Shown here: piece after piece, positions 18,788-28,092 of the stretch
How the letters are laid out: every line of letters starts with the position of its first letter
Position numbering within the stretch: the stretch's first letter is position 1
DNA from: Escherichia phage vB_EcoM_VR26
DNA: 64,000 bases
Sequence record: NC_028957.1
Strand: one strand, 5' to 3'
Notes under the pieces: model-generated
Told to the model about the DNA's origin: nothing
The model's input: the letters and a program-made list of their open reading frames with translations, nothing else
Database searches by the model: none
Program-made: the position numbers and the translations under genes

Positions 18788-19171
18788 TTACTCTAATGTT
18801 AACAGGTACTTGGTTTGAAAGAAAACGCCAACGATATCGTCCAGAGTCGATTGAATAGCCTTTGGTACAACTTTATAGACTCTTTCAGAGCTTTTAATCA
18901 TTTCATCTAAAAACAAAATTGTATCTTTCGGCAAGTCCGAGGCGGACGGTAATGCAGCTTTGTATTGTTTCCCGCTGTAACCTAACCATTGTTCACTGAA
19001 CTGGTCGAGTGGACCTTGGATTTCTGTGAAGTAGAAATCATAAGCTTTATGGCGGGCATAACTTTTGGTTTCAAGATGGGCAGATTTAAAATAAGCCAAA
19101 GAGACTAATAGCCACCCAATGTATGAATCCACCTCAGACCCACGACCTGTTACGAAATCATCGAATTTCAT
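18788..19171 (-). CDS. hypothetical protein (127 aa)
   Basis: ORF track; followed by terminator hairpin. Confidence 0.5.
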   Translation of the reverse strand: MKFDDFVTGRGSEVDSYIGWLLVSLAYFKSAHLETKSYARHKAYDFYFTEIQGPLDQFSEQWLGYSGKQYKAALPSASDLPKDTILFLDEMIKSSERVYKVVPKAIQSTLDDIVGVFFQTKYLLTLE

Positions 19172-19502
19172 CTTCCAATTTTACCTTCATTAATTTAGCG
19201 TATTCGACTGCAGCAGCCCGGCCATCAATTTGACATGTGATTTCATTTACACATTGACTCTTATTGTTCCATTCAGTTTTAATAAAAGCCCAAAATTGTT
19301 CGGACTGCTCGACGCTGGGTTCTTTGAATTGCGAATAGATTTGCATCGCACTATCTGCGTACTGGGTAAATTTACCATCTGTAGCAGAGGACAGATTTGG
19401 GCCTAAACAGCCCATTAGTAATAGACTTAGAGAAAGTCCTCGAATAAGGTCCATAAAGGACTCCTTATTGTTGGTCATGATTACGCTTTGCAGCCTTAAC
19501 AT
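19158..19502 (-). CDS. putative lipoprotein (lipobox-like LLLMGC); start may be internal Met at 19454
   Basis: MDLIRGLSLSLLLMGCLG resembles signal peptide plus lipobox. Confidence 0.45.
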   Translation of the reverse strand: MLRLQSVIMTNNKESFMDLIRGLSLSLLLMGCLGPNLSSATDGKFTQYADSAMQIYSQFKEPSVEQSEQFWAFIKTEWNNKSQCVNEITCQIDGRAAAVEYAKLMKVKLEDEIR

Positions 19503-19528
19503 AGCGGAATACTAGTTAGTATCTGTAT

Positions 19529-19804
19529 TTATAATCTTTTAAACTTGAAACAATATATTGCAAATAAATCAGAAAAATGTCTATCAACCCATATTCTTTG
19601 CACTGGACTAGTAACAGTCAGCATATAATGTGCTTTTTGTAAATTTATTCCATTTTTATTCGGGCATTCTTTATTAACAGAATGGTACGTGCTTGCTACT
19701 ATTTCAATTTCCCTTTCATATCTCTCGCTATCTGTTTGCGTGGGGATAAATGCAATTCCAGCAATAACAAAAATAGAGATATAAGTCCAAATCTTATATA
19801 TCAT
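19529..19804 (-). CDS. hypothetical protein with N-terminal TM/signal segment (91 aa)
   Basis: ISIFVIAGIAFIPTQ hydrophobic N-terminus. Confidence 0.45.
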   Translation of the reverse strand: MIYKIWTYISIFVIAGIAFIPTQTDSERYEREIEIVASTYHSVNKECPNKNGINLQKAHYMLTVTSPVQRIWVDRHFSDLFAIYCFKFKRL

Positions 19805-19811
19805 AAGGACC

Positions 19812-20384
19812 TCAGCTTGTCAATTCGAGCCAATGTTTCCTGCATAAAGATACGTACGATTCATTCCCACCGACTAACACTTGCTCGCCGTCCTTTACAG
19901 CAGCACCGTCGATTACTCGAGCGGTCATGGTTGCTTTCCGGCCGCAATGGCAGACGCCCTTTAATTCAACCAGTTTATCCGAAATAGCCAGAAGTCTGGC
20001 TGAACCGGGAAATAATTGACCCCGAAAATCTGTTCTTAACCCGTAACACATAACGGGGATATTGTAATTATCAACCACTCGTGCTAACTGGTCAATTTGC
20101 TCTGGTAACAAAAATTGAGCTTCATCAACCAGGACACAATGGATATCCTTTTGAGACTCGGCCCATTTATAGAATTCAAACAGGTTCATGTCGGCCGTTA
20201 CCAGGTTTGCTTCCTGGCTAATACCAATACGTGATTTAATTTCAGATTCCGAGTCCCGATTATCAATAACAGGTTTTAGCAAAAGCACACTCATTCCACG
20301 CTCTTTATAGGAATAAGCTGCAGTCAGCAATGAAGCTGTTTTGCCTGCATTCATTGCTGCGTAATGATAAATTAAACTCGCCAT
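19812..20384 (-). CDS. tk: Thymidine kinase
   Basis: 190 aa; YAAMNAGKTASLL P-loop, VLVDEAQFL, CxxC...CRKH zinc site; matches T4 Tk from memory. Confidence 0.95.
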   Translation of the reverse strand: MASLIYHYAAMNAGKTASLLTAAYSYKERGMSVLLLKPVIDNRDSESEIKSRIGISQEANLVTADMNLFEFYKWAESQKDIHCVLVDEAQFLLPEQIDQLARVVDNYNIPVMCYGLRTDFRGQLFPGSARLLAISDKLVELKGVCHCGRKATMTARVIDGAAVKDGEQVLVGGNESYVSLCRKHWLELTS

Positions 20385-20393
20385 ATCACCTTC

Positions 20394-20597
20394 TTAAAGA
20401 GTATTCACATAAGCAATTAATTCGTTTTCTTTCTCATCAAACTGTTCAGCGATTTTTTCGTAATCTTCGGCGCTCACAGGACCCCATTCATCGTATGATT
20501 GCATTCCAGAATTCTCTTCTAGAAGCTCATGGATAAGCTCAAACAATTTATCTTTTTGTTCTTTACTTAGGCTCATAACCATTGCACCTTTAAACAA
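20394..20597 (-). CDS. hypothetical acidic protein (67 aa)
   Basis: ORF track. Confidence 0.45.
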   Translation of the reverse strand: MFKGAMVMSLSKEQKDKLFELIHELLEENSGMQSYDEWGPVSAEDYEKIAEQFDEKENELIAYVNTL

Positions 20598-20791
20598 TAT
20601 TCATCTACGTGTTGGACACGTTTGTTTTTGTCAATAAAAGTATATTCAACATACTCGCCGATATACCACTTATCTACATTGTGCGGACTTTTTATAGGAC
20701 ACTTGGTTGCCCGTGTTTCGGACCAGTGTCGAATAATTGTAGCTTTGTTTTTAGGGTCAAATGGGTGTGGATAATGTGCTTTCATAATCAA
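20573..20791 (-). CDS. hypothetical protein (72 aa)
   Basis: ORF track. Confidence 0.4.
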   Translation of the reverse strand: MIMKAHYPHPFDPKNKATIIRHWSETRATKCPIKSPHNVDKWYIGEYVEYTFIDKNKRVQHVDEYCLKVQWL

Positions 20792-21236
20792 CTACCACCA
20801 AATCAATATCAGGAGTAAACATATCAATTAACCGGGAAACCTTATCCCAATCACCACCTGCAATACCACATCCAATCCTGGGAATATAAATCACAGGCTT
20901 GAACAAAAGGGATTCTGCTTGTCGATTTAATTCTATCATACAATTTACTAAAGCGCCATAATCCAGATTTGGACCCGGTTCATACTGGGTATAAAGGTTA
21001 TAGCACATACCAAATCCAGTTGGCTTATGTTTAAAAACGATAGACATATCACCGAGTTTTTCTCGGGAACCGTATTCAGTTGATGTTTTATCCATTTCTA
21101 AAATTTTTGGGTAAGCCTTTGCCAGTTGGCCAGCAACGCCTGACCCCATTGTATGGAAACAATTACAGCCATGAGCTATGATGTTTCCTTCAAGAAAGAG
21201 GGCGACAATATCGCCCTTAATATAGTTAACAATCAT
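20757..21236 (-). CDS. Macro-domain (ADP-ribose binding/processing) protein
   Basis: 159 aa; HGCNCFHTMGSGVAGQLAKAYP and later GCGIAGGDWDKV resemble macro-domain Gly-rich loops. Confidence 0.55.
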   Translation of the reverse strand: MIVNYIKGDIVALFLEGNIIAHGCNCFHTMGSGVAGQLAKAYPKILEMDKTSTEYGSREKLGDMSIVFKHKPTGFGMCYNLYTQYEPGPNLDYGALVNCMIELNRQAESLLFKPVIYIPRIGCGIAGGDWDKVSRLIDMFTPDIDLVVVDYESTLSTPI

Positions 21237-21592
21237 TTAGAGTTCAATCCTCTGTTATAGGAATCGACTAACCTGTCAACCATACTGGTGCAGGCCGCTT
21301 TATATTTGGCACTCGACAGAATACAATCCATTTCAAATAGTTTCTTTTCATATTTGTTGGATAAAATACTCTTTTTCATAAGAGTGTGTTCAACATCATT
21401 TTGACCGTCTTTATATGCAGCAGTGAGTTTGGCACTGAACTGGATTACACAATCCACATTGCTTGATGCGCAATAATCTTTGGCCGTCCTCGTTGCATAT
21501 TCTATGATGCTATTATTATCATCGCTCTGTACTGAAGCTATTCCTCCCGTGCTGAATACTAACCCTATGGCTAAAGTTATGACTCTTACCAT
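21233..21592 (-). CDS. hypothetical secreted protein (119 aa, signal peptide)
   Basis: MVRVITLAIGLVFSTGGIASVQS signal-peptide-like N-terminus. Confidence 0.5.
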   Translation of the reverse strand: MVRVITLAIGLVFSTGGIASVQSDDNNSIIEYATRTAKDYCASSNVDCVIQFSAKLTAAYKDGQNDVEHTLMKKSILSNKYEKKLFEMDCILSSAKYKAACTSMVDRLVDSYNRGLNSK

Positions 21593-22135
21593 TTAATCCA
21601 CCGTTTTTAATAGGCCTCGTGATTTTAAGTAGTTAGCTTTTTCTAGGACTTGCGAAGCATACGTATTTCCAGCTTTCACATTCCACCCTGCGTTATATGA
21701 TGATAGTGTTTTTCTTATGTCCCCCTTGTGGATGTTCAACCAGTATGAAAGCTCAATATAAGCCCAGCGTGCACTGTTCTCTCTCTTGCTTATCATCTTG
21801 ATTATTTCTTTATCTGTCATTGTCCACCCAACCTGTTTTACGCGCTCGCGCACGGTTGGAAGATAATTTTGGAATATACCATATGCATGATGCTTATCTT
21901 TATTTAATCCTGTATTAACGCCAGCAGATGATTCCTGCCAGGTTAAACCAGCCATGATATATCCCAAACCATTATGTTGGTGCGGATTTTCTTTGTACTT
22001 ACCATTTTTCTGGAACTGTTCTCCAAACGCATAAGCATATTGGAGGTTCTCCATTTGTTCATTACTGAAAGTAGGCTCTACGCTATGGGCAGACATACTA
22101 ACTGTCAATAGTAAAGTGGCTATTACTTTTTTCAT
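21593..22135 (-). CDS. Periplasmic lytic transglycosylase (SLT-domain) protein
   Basis: Signal peptide plus family-1 LT motifs in order: QESS ... GIFQ ... SYNAG. Confidence 0.65.
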   Translation of the reverse strand: MKKVIATLLLTVSMSAHSVEPTFSNEQMENLQYAYAFGEQFQKNGKYKENPHQHNGLGYIMAGLTWQESSAGVNTGLNKDKHHAYGIFQNYLPTVRERVKQVGWTMTDKEIIKMISKRENSARWAYIELSYWLNIHKGDIRKTLSSYNAGWNVKAGNTYASQVLEKANYLKSRGLLKTVD

Positions 22136-22145
22136 GAATTCCCCA

Positions 22146-22604
22146 TTAGATATAAATCACTTTTGTGCTAATTTTTCCTTCCAGACGATTAGAGTTAACA
22201 AACGCCATACGACAACACATGGTTGGAGACTTCCCAGGAAGAGCTGGGTTAACTGTCATTCCTAACCATAAGTTCTTGTCTGTGATTTCCAGACGAAGTG
22301 GACGGTAGTTCACATTCGGGTCAATTTGTGCTTCAACTTCCGGGAGTGGTTTCATCTCCAGGAATTCAACAATTTCTTTTACATGTGGTGTGATTTTTCC
22401 AAACAAGTCAAAAACATATTGTTCGTCAATTTCACGTTGGATTGCACGGTCCAACAGGTGTGGACTGTACTTAATGAAGAATGCTTCAAGGCCTGCTTCT
22501 TTACAAGCCTTGTTGATAGCATTATTAATTTTGAGGAACTCCGTTTCAAAAATACGACGAAGTTTATTGCGGCGAATGTAAACACTTGAATCGATAGTAG
22601 TCAT
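22146..22604 (-). CDS. regB: Site-specific RNA endonuclease RegB
   Basis: MTTIDSSVYIRRNKLRRIFETEF...SPHLLDRAIQREIDE matches T4 RegB from memory; start at ATG 22604 with SD GGAGA (track GTG start at 22661 lies in the promoter). Confidence 0.9.
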   Translation of the reverse strand: MTTIDSSVYIRRNKLRRIFETEFLKINNAINKACKEAGLEAFFIKYSPHLLDRAIQREIDEQYVFDLFGKITPHVKEIVEFLEMKPLPEVEAQIDPNVNYRPLRLEITDKNLWLGMTVNPALPGKSPTMCCRMAFVNSNRLEGKISTKVIYI

Positions 22605-22631
22605 GATTATCTCCTTTTGTTTGATGGGATA

Positions 22632-22661
22632 ATCATAACTCATTTCAACCTGCTTGTACAC
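22632..22661 (-). promoter_or_regulatory. T4-type early promoter upstream of regB
   Basis: GTGTAC -18- TATGAT. Confidence 0.45.
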
Positions 22662-22966
22662 TATTCTTTAAAACGAATTAGCTTATTTAATGACTGTGAG
22701 ACTTCAGCACGAACAGCGTGTAAATTCTTAAGCTGTTCAAGGCGTTGCTCGTAGTAAGCAATTTCATCTTCTTCAAGACAGTCGTTTGAATCTTCTTTAA
22801 GATAGTTCCCGTAGTCCTGAAAGGCCTTACGAATAACTTCCTGGAAATCGTCTAGACTTTGAATTTTTGGCTGTTTCGGTGTGAATCCAAACGGATTGGA
22901 ATCATTTATGCGGCGATGAGAAGCGGTTGATAACTCATAACCAAAACCAGAATTAATCTGCGCCAT
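22661..22966 (-). CDS. hypothetical protein (about 101 aa)
   Basis: ORF track; start moved to internal Met giving TAATG coupling with upstream ORF. Confidence 0.45.
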   Translation of the reverse strand: MAQINSGFGYELSTASHRRINDSNPFGFTPKQPKIQSLDDFQEVIRKAFQDYGNYLKEDSNDCLEEDEIAYYEQRLEQLKNLHAVRAEVSQSLNKLIRFKE

Positions 22967-23229
22967 TAGTATTTTTCCTCGGATCGAAATACTGCACGAC
23001 ATGCCCACATGCTGGCTTCTTTTAGATGTTGCTTAGCATACTTAAGAGCCTGCACTGCATCCATATCTTCTTTGGTTTGTTGCTCTGTTTCATTTTCTTT
23101 CAAGATATATGCTTCTTCAATCAGAGCATCAAACATCAATCCAAGACGGACTTCTGCATCTTTAATAGCGTTCACTTTACCGATTTTATCGTCGGTGTGC
23201 GGCTTGTAACCTTTGATATCTTCAATCAT
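22966..23229 (-). CDS. hypothetical protein (about 87 aa)
   Basis: ORF track; start moved to Met 23229 giving ATGA coupling with upstream ORF. Confidence 0.45.
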   Translation of the reverse strand: MIEDIKGYKPHTDDKIGKVNAIKDAEVRLGLMFDALIEEAYILKENETEQQTKEDMDAVQALKYAKQHLKEASMWACRAVFRSEEKY

Positions 23230-23459
23230 TTCACTTCCTCGCCAGTTGCGATATCGTATTCTACCAAACGAAGGCCATCGGTCCAACCCTGAACGGAGAT
23301 ATAAGTGCTAGGATAAACCAGTTCTTTACCGTTCCACTGACCACCGTCCCAAACTTCCAGAAAGTCTTGTTCACCCGGACCATTAAACCATTCAACGAAT
23401 CTTTTCAAGGCTGCATCAGAGCCTTCAATCGTCAGTTTAGACATATTTTTTCCAGTCAC
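23226..23459 (-). CDS. hypothetical protein (77 aa)
   Basis: ORF track. Confidence 0.45.
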   Translation of the reverse strand: MTGKNMSKLTIEGSDAALKRFVEWFNGPGEQDFLEVWDGGQWNGKELVYPSTYISVQGWTDGLRLVEYDIATGEEVK

Positions 23460-23733
23460 TAATTAATCGCACATCCTGGTCATACGTCAGGAGGCTACGA
23501 GTTATAATACCCTTACATGGTCCAGAAATAAATTCCAGAGTAAAGTAAGGAACCAACTTCATCAAGCGAATACTCGGAGCAGTGCAACGAAATCTGGACC
23601 CAATAAAAGGTCCAGACAAAAACACGTACTCAAAGAAATTTGCTTTATTAAAGATTTCAAAATTCTTTACGAAATCTTCAGACCTAACCTTTGGAATAAA
23701 ATAGATTTGGTCAAAAAGCTCTTCATGAGTCAT
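23437..23733 (-). CDS. hypothetical protein (98 aa)
   Basis: ORF track. Confidence 0.45.
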   Translation of the reverse strand: MTHEELFDQIYFIPKVRSEDFVKNFEIFNKANFFEYVFLSGPFIGSRFRCTAPSIRLMKLVPYFTLEFISGPCKGIITRSLLTYDQDVRLISDWKKYV

Positions 23734-24260
23734 TATTGCATTCCTATCACAAAGAATAGCGGTAAAGGCTTAGCGCCTTGACACATAAATTTATTCATCA
23801 TTACCTGATAAGCTTCATAGAACTTATCCATCGCTGGAAGTCGCATGGGCTCTTCGATAATAATCAATAATCGAGTAACAGATAATCCACGATACTTATG
23901 GAAGTTATCTTCGTCTAAAAATGAACGAACGGTATCATAGGCGATAAATCCAGGGCGTTCTACTTGAAGATGTGGTTGTGCCTTAGAAACCTGTTTTATT
24001 ACATTACAGATTTCTCGTGAGCGATGTGAAGAACTCGACATAACAATCACATCATTACCCTTAGAAACCCAATCTGCTGCAAACTGCGCAAGGGCACTTG
24101 TTTTACCTGTTTGACGACCACCGTCAAGTCGAAGAGTACCAAACTCTTGCATTCTTGAAGCAGGTTCATACCAGGTGTATTGGTCTGAATCTAAGCGTTC
24201 AATGGCGCGTTCAGCGAAGGCGTGCATTAAGGTTAGATAAATTGGAGTTAAAAATTTCAT
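23733..24260 (-). CDS. small P-loop NTPase-like protein (175 aa)
   Basis: Walker A-like DGGRQTGKTSAL and Walker B-like LLIIIEEP. Confidence 0.5.
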   Translation of the reverse strand: MKFLTPIYLTLMHAFAERAIERLDSDQYTWYEPASRMQEFGTLRLDGGRQTGKTSALAQFAADWVSKGNDVIVMSSSSHRSREICNVIKQVSKAQPHLQVERPGFIAYDTVRSFLDEDNFHKYRGLSVTRLLIIIEEPMRLPAMDKFYEAYQVMMNKFMCQGAKPLPLFFVIGMQ

Positions 24261-24421
24261 AGTTGTCTCTTAGTTGTAGGGCCATTCCTTGGCACATTAA
24301 TTCGTCCATGTATCCGAATGTAAACCCCTTACCGCACTCGGGCTCGACCTTATTACAGGTAGGGAAAGGTCCATCACTCAGAGGACACGACGTTCATGAG
24401 GAGAGGGTCGGTTTGCCTTTA

Positions 24422-24724
24422 TTAAAAAGAACCAGAGCCTTTAATTGTGTTCTGGCGACCTTTATTTTCTACTTCAGAATGGTCGATTTCGTATGCTTGT
24501 GCTACGCCAAAGGCCTTTTTAACTTTAGCTAAAGAACCTTTAGATGTAACAATATTAAAAGTATTGCCTTTGGTAAAATCAACCAAATCCACTTGCACCC
24601 CTTGTTTACCGAGGCTTGCTACAATAGCATCAACATATTGTTGGTCTAAATTGCCTTGAACCCCAATTTGAAATGCTTTAGGAACTTTAGCAGATTCAGT
24701 AATAAATTCTTGATATGTTTTCAT
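24422..24724 (-). CDS. Internal-protein-like capsid-targeted protein (MKTYQEFITES leader)
   Basis: N-terminus MKTYQEFITE matches the capsid-targeting leader shared by T4 IPI/IPII/IPIII as recalled. Confidence 0.7.
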   Translation of the reverse strand: MKTYQEFITESAKVPKAFQIGVQGNLDQQYVDAIVASLGKQGVQVDLVDFTKGNTFNIVTSKGSLAKVKKAFGVAQAYEIDHSEVENKGRQNTIKGSGSF

Positions 24725-24737
24725 ATTGTTTCTTTAA

Positions 24738-25052
24738 TTAAGCTTTAGGGAAATCGCGCAAAAACGCATCATAAAGTTTATTACCAATGCGACGGAATGC
24801 TTTTGCCGCATGAACGTTATCTGGGTTTGCAATTTTAATCTGCATTACATGACTACCAGCCCATGATTTAGCTTCGTCATAATAACCTTTAATTTCTTTA
24901 ATAGTCTTGCGTTTTCCACCAGGACCATCGACAGTAATTTTCCACGAACCAGTGCTTGTTTCACTTGGTGGGGTTAACTGTTCAATCCAGACATAACCAC
25001 CTTCAACACGTTGTTGAGTAGATTCAGTAATAAATTCTTGATAAGTTTTCAT
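24738..25052 (-). CDS. Internal-protein-like capsid-targeted protein (start at MKTYQEFITES)
   Basis: Track ORF extends to 25091; internal MKTYQEFITEST at 25052 is the likely start. Confidence 0.7.
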   Translation of the reverse strand: MKTYQEFITESTQQRVEGGYVWIEQLTPPSETSTGSWKITVDGPGGKRKTIKEIKGYYDEAKSWAGSHVMQIKIANPDNVHAAKAFRRIGNKLYDAFLRDFPKA

Positions 25053-25100
25053 TTTATATTCCATTGTTTGGTTGATAAAATCATTATACAACCTTTTTAG

Positions 25101-25517
25101 TTAAGCGTACACAGCTTTCCCATAGTATTTGTACCAGGTAGGCTTTTGAGAAATTTTCTCATTCAGTCTGGATTGACTGATTTCAATTGACCAGATTGAT
25201 GGTTGATAATCATTCTTCCATTCATCAGGAATATCATTTAAATCTTGGGTAGAAATATCTTTTATATTAAACCCTCGCTTTAAACATTCAGCAATAAGTT
25301 CTTGATGACGGTTTTTAAGGAACAAAAGCTTATCATAAAAGAAGGTGACATGACCAGTTCCTAAAAGAAAAGATGATGGGATTTTAAAGTCAGACACCTT
25401 TTTACCATTTTGCACATGCTTACGAACAGCACCAAACACGCGAGGAAGCTCACGATATTCAGCCATAAGGTGTTGGTCGGCAAGTTCAGATACCAGGGTT
25501 AAATTAATGCGAGTCAT
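25101..25517 (-). CDS. denV: Endonuclease V (pyrimidine-dimer DNA glycosylase) DenV
   Basis: 138 aa; [35 protein letters not shown]...[11 protein letters not shown] matches T4 DenV from memory. Confidence 0.95.
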   Translation of the reverse strand: MTRINLTLVSELADQHLMAEYRELPRVFGAVRKHVQNGKKVSDFKIPSSFLLGTGHVTFFYDKLLFLKNRHQELIAECLKRGFNIKDISTQDLNDIPDEWKNDYQPSIWSIEISQSRLNEKISQKPTWYKYYGKAVYA

Positions 25518-25543
25518 GTTTGTTCTCCGTAGTTGATAGGGTC

Positions 25544-25573
25544 ATTATAACCCTATCGTTTGGAGATGTAAAC
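25544..25573 (-). promoter_or_regulatory. T4-type early promoter upstream of denV
   Basis: GTTTAC -18- TATAAT with inverted repeat atagggt/accctat around the -10; -35 overlaps e stop codon. Confidence 0.5.
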
Positions 25574-26061
25574 TAATAAGCGTCAAAAGTTCCAGTACGG
25601 AAAGTTTCAATAACTCGTTTGGCCCGGTTTGGAGTCTGGACTTTATACCATCTTGAGTCAGCCAGTTCCTTAGCAGCAGCTTCCCATGATTTAGCCTTGA
25701 GCAATCGCAGCCCCTTAGGAAAACCAGCAACACCAGCTACACCCATTTGGAATACCATATTAATGAGTGCACAACGACGAACTTCATCCAGTACATCATA
25801 AACAGGCTTTAAGACAGGATGTTTCAAGATTCCGGCTTTAGCTTTTTCGACCGAACGGTTAAACAATGTTTCGGCTTCGTGCTGGGTTATACGACCATTA
25901 CAGATACGACCCATGAGCTTGTCGAGCTCAGCACGAGCAACATCTTTCGATGGGTTCTTAGTTATCAATTGCCCGATACCAATGGTCCAATAACCTTCGG
26001 TATCTTTATACAAATCCAACTTACAACCTTCATCTATGCGTAACATTTCGAATATATTCAT
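25573..26061 (-). CDS. e: Lysozyme (endolysin) e
   Basis: 162 aa; [12 protein letters not shown]...[15 protein letters not shown]...[12 protein letters not shown] matches T4 lysozyme from memory. Confidence 0.95.
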   Translation of the reverse strand: MNIFEMLRIDEGCKLDLYKDTEGYWTIGIGQLITKNPSKDVARAELDKLMGRICNGRITQHEAETLFNRSVEKAKAGILKHPVLKPVYDVLDEVRRCALINMVFQMGVAGVAGFPKGLRLLKAKSWEAAAKELADSRWYKVQTPNRAKRVIETFRTGTFDAY

Positions 26062-26063
26062 AA

Positions 26064-26090
26064 TACCCCCTTATATAGGGGTATTTATTA
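26064..26090 (-). promoter_or_regulatory. RBS-sequestering hairpin plus late-promoter-like box upstream of lysozyme gene e
   Basis: Minus strand aATAAATA then ATACCCC-tatataa-GGGGGTAT with SD in the 3' arm, 1 nt before ATG. Confidence 0.5.
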
Positions 26091-26549
26091 TCCGAAAATT
26101 TGAGTCAAAACCTTGTACATCGATTTACCCATTACGTATTGCCATTGACTCGGTTTAATCAGAGCAAATGCATCAAACTCTGGGACCAAACTACCATCCG
26201 GGAATGTATGATATGCGGAGCATTTACTATGTCTGAATTGCTCATGCTCGACCGGGACCGTGTACAAAAACAGGTGAAGGTTTTTGTTATCTGAATAACG
26301 GAACTCGCCTAGGTCTTTTAAGAATGCCGGGTCATACTGGGTAAAGCCTGTTTCTTCTTCGCATTCACGTATAGCCGCTTCAATCGGGGATTCACCGGCT
26401 TCAACATGACCCTTAGGGATATCCCATTTATGTGCAGGCATACCCGGTTTGCGAGAACCAGTCACGCGACCCATGAATAGCTCTTTATCTTCAGTCATGA
26501 AAATAATACCAGCAGATAATTCTTTCACCACGTTTTTCTTACTCATCAT
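26088..26549 (-). CDS. nudE: Nudix hydrolase NudE
   Basis: Nudix box GHVEAGESPIEAAIRECEEETG; start placed at internal MMSKK (track runs to 26675). Confidence 0.8.
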   Translation of the reverse strand: MMSKKNVVKELSAGIIFMTEDKELFMGRVTGSRKPGMPAHKWDIPKGHVEAGESPIEAAIRECEEETGFTQYDPAFLKDLGEFRYSDNKNLHLFLYTVPVEHEQFRHSKCSAYHTFPDGSLVPEFDAFALIKPSQWQYVMGKSMYKVLTQIFG

Positions 26550-26775
26550 CACGTTCCCACGATTTTTTAAAGATTTCAGCCATAATAATTTCAATACGTG
26601 TTTCTGTTGATGGCGATTCACTACTAGAAGTTTGAACTCTGTATTCAGAAATCGGGCGGAACAAGTCCAGGTCAATTTCTAAATCATCTTTGATTTCAAC
26701 TTCGGGCGTACCTTTATCATAGGAATACAGGTAAGAATCACATGACTCTGATTTAATATAAATTGCAATACTCAT
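26539..26775 (-). CDS. hypothetical acidic protein (78 aa)
   Basis: ORF track. Confidence 0.45.
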   Translation of the reverse strand: MSIAIYIKSESCDSYLYSYDKGTPEVEIKDDLEIDLDLFRPISEYRVQTSSSESPSTETRIEIIMAEIFKKSWERDDE

Positions 26776-27353
26776 TTACGGCATTCCTCAATAAAAGAGT
26801 TTAATGTATTTTTCTTTGTAACATCATCATATACCTTTTTAACTTTAGAAATACGAAAAGGTACTTCAATAACAGAGGTCCATAAAAATGATGCGATAAG
26901 TCCTGAGATAGCCGCAGACATAGCTGACGCGAATACAGAAATAGGCAGGTCATTATCTGTTGTCAGGAAAAAACCCAGGATTGGAAAAAACAGTATCCCC
27001 ATCCAAACATAGAACCTGGAGCACACCAACTTGTCATATTCATCGCTCCATGTACGAAAACCATATTTTTCACTATAACAAATCAATGGGTCAGGTGTTT
27101 GTTCTTTATGCGGTTCTGGTTGCCAACCTTTAACGATGTGCTTCATTTTATATTCCTCAATTAAAAGCTCTTTCATATGCCGGTTACAATGCGACCAATC
27201 AACGTTTTCCACCTTGATTCCTTCATCACCATCATCAAGGTTTGCCCAATATCTTTTGGTAATCATAAATTCATCTCTTGGAACTGGAATACCTGCACAT
27301 CCTTGTGGACCTTTCATATCACCCATGCAACCGGGTTCATACATCATTACCAT
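26772..27353 (-). CDS. hypothetical protein with C-terminal transmembrane region (193 aa)
   Basis: Cys-rich soluble N-terminus then FYVWMGILFFPILGFFL and AISGLIASFLW hydrophobic segments. Confidence 0.5.
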   Translation of the reverse strand: MVMMYEPGCMGDMKGPQGCAGIPVPRDEFMITKRYWANLDDGDEGIKVENVDWSHCNRHMKELLIEEYKMKHIVKGWQPEPHKEQTPDPLICYSEKYGFRTWSDEYDKLVCSRFYVWMGILFFPILGFFLTTDNDLPISVFASAMSAAISGLIASFLWTSVIEVPFRISKVKKVYDDVTKKNTLNSFIEECRK

Positions 27354-28033
27354 CCCTCCATAGGGAATTCTAGATATACTTGGGCATTAACGCGGATTTC
27401 ATTGGTAATATTTTTAACACGGTCAGTGTTACGAGATACACGACCAAACCAACGCCAGCCATTGCGCACTGTCTGGGAACCAGTATGCCAGGTATGACAA
27501 TTAAACTGCAGGAGTGTGCGGTCAGGAGCTTCCCATTGCTCTAATTCACCTGATTCAATTTTAGTCAGAACTTCTTTATGCCATTGGCGATAAATCAATT
27601 CACCTTCCGGGATTTCACTAAAGGTAGCTTCGCCTGTAGCAAAATGGGTAGGACACACATCAGCGTTAACAAGACCAAGAATGTGTTCAGACATATAGCG
27701 AGGATTGTCATAATCTGGTTGACCCGCAGTAATAAAATGTTGTCCAGTTGGAATGGGTGGACGCGGAACATCATCATGATGATAGCCAGGGATAGCTGGA
27801 TACCAACCCGGCATTAACATATGCACACGTGAATCAAACACAACATGTTGATTAGTCCAATCAATTGGGAGATTGGCAATAAAGCTACGAGTGATTGGGC
27901 CACCATTATCCCAAGCAAAACTCAAATCACAGTTAAAGAACATTGGTTCATTTTTGATTTGGTCATTTTGTACGTTATGTGCAAAACCACCTACTGCACG
28001 AGCTTGACTATTAAAAGTTTTAGGACCGTTCAT
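27347..28033 (-). CDS. hypothetical protein (228 aa); possible 2OG-Fe(II)-oxygenase/cupin-like
   Basis: HHDD ... about 95 aa ... HTWHTG ... RNGWRW could be an HxD...H...R metal triad; weak. Confidence 0.5.
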   Translation of the reverse strand: MNGPKTFNSQARAVGGFAHNVQNDQIKNEPMFFNCDLSFAWDNGGPITRSFIANLPIDWTNQHVVFDSRVHMLMPGWYPAIPGYHHDDVPRPPIPTGQHFITAGQPDYDNPRYMSEHILGLVNADVCPTHFATGEATFSEIPEGELIYRQWHKEVLTKIESGELEQWEAPDRTLLQFNCHTWHTGSQTVRNGWRWFGRVSRNTDRVKNITNEIRVNAQVYLEFPMEGW

Positions 28034-28060
28034 AATATTTTCCTCATTGATTGTGGGACC

Positions 28061-28090
28061 ATTATGTCATAGCCCCATTTGGTTGTACAC
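28061..28090 (-). promoter_or_regulatory. T4-type early promoter
   Basis: GTGTAC -18- CATAAT. Confidence 0.45.
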
Positions 28091-28092
28091 AC

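Noticed and set aside
22605-22661. GTG start at 22661 for regB in the ORF track
   Set aside because: The extension covers the promoter and lacks an SD; the T4-like N-terminus MTTIDSSVYIRR begins at ATG 22604.
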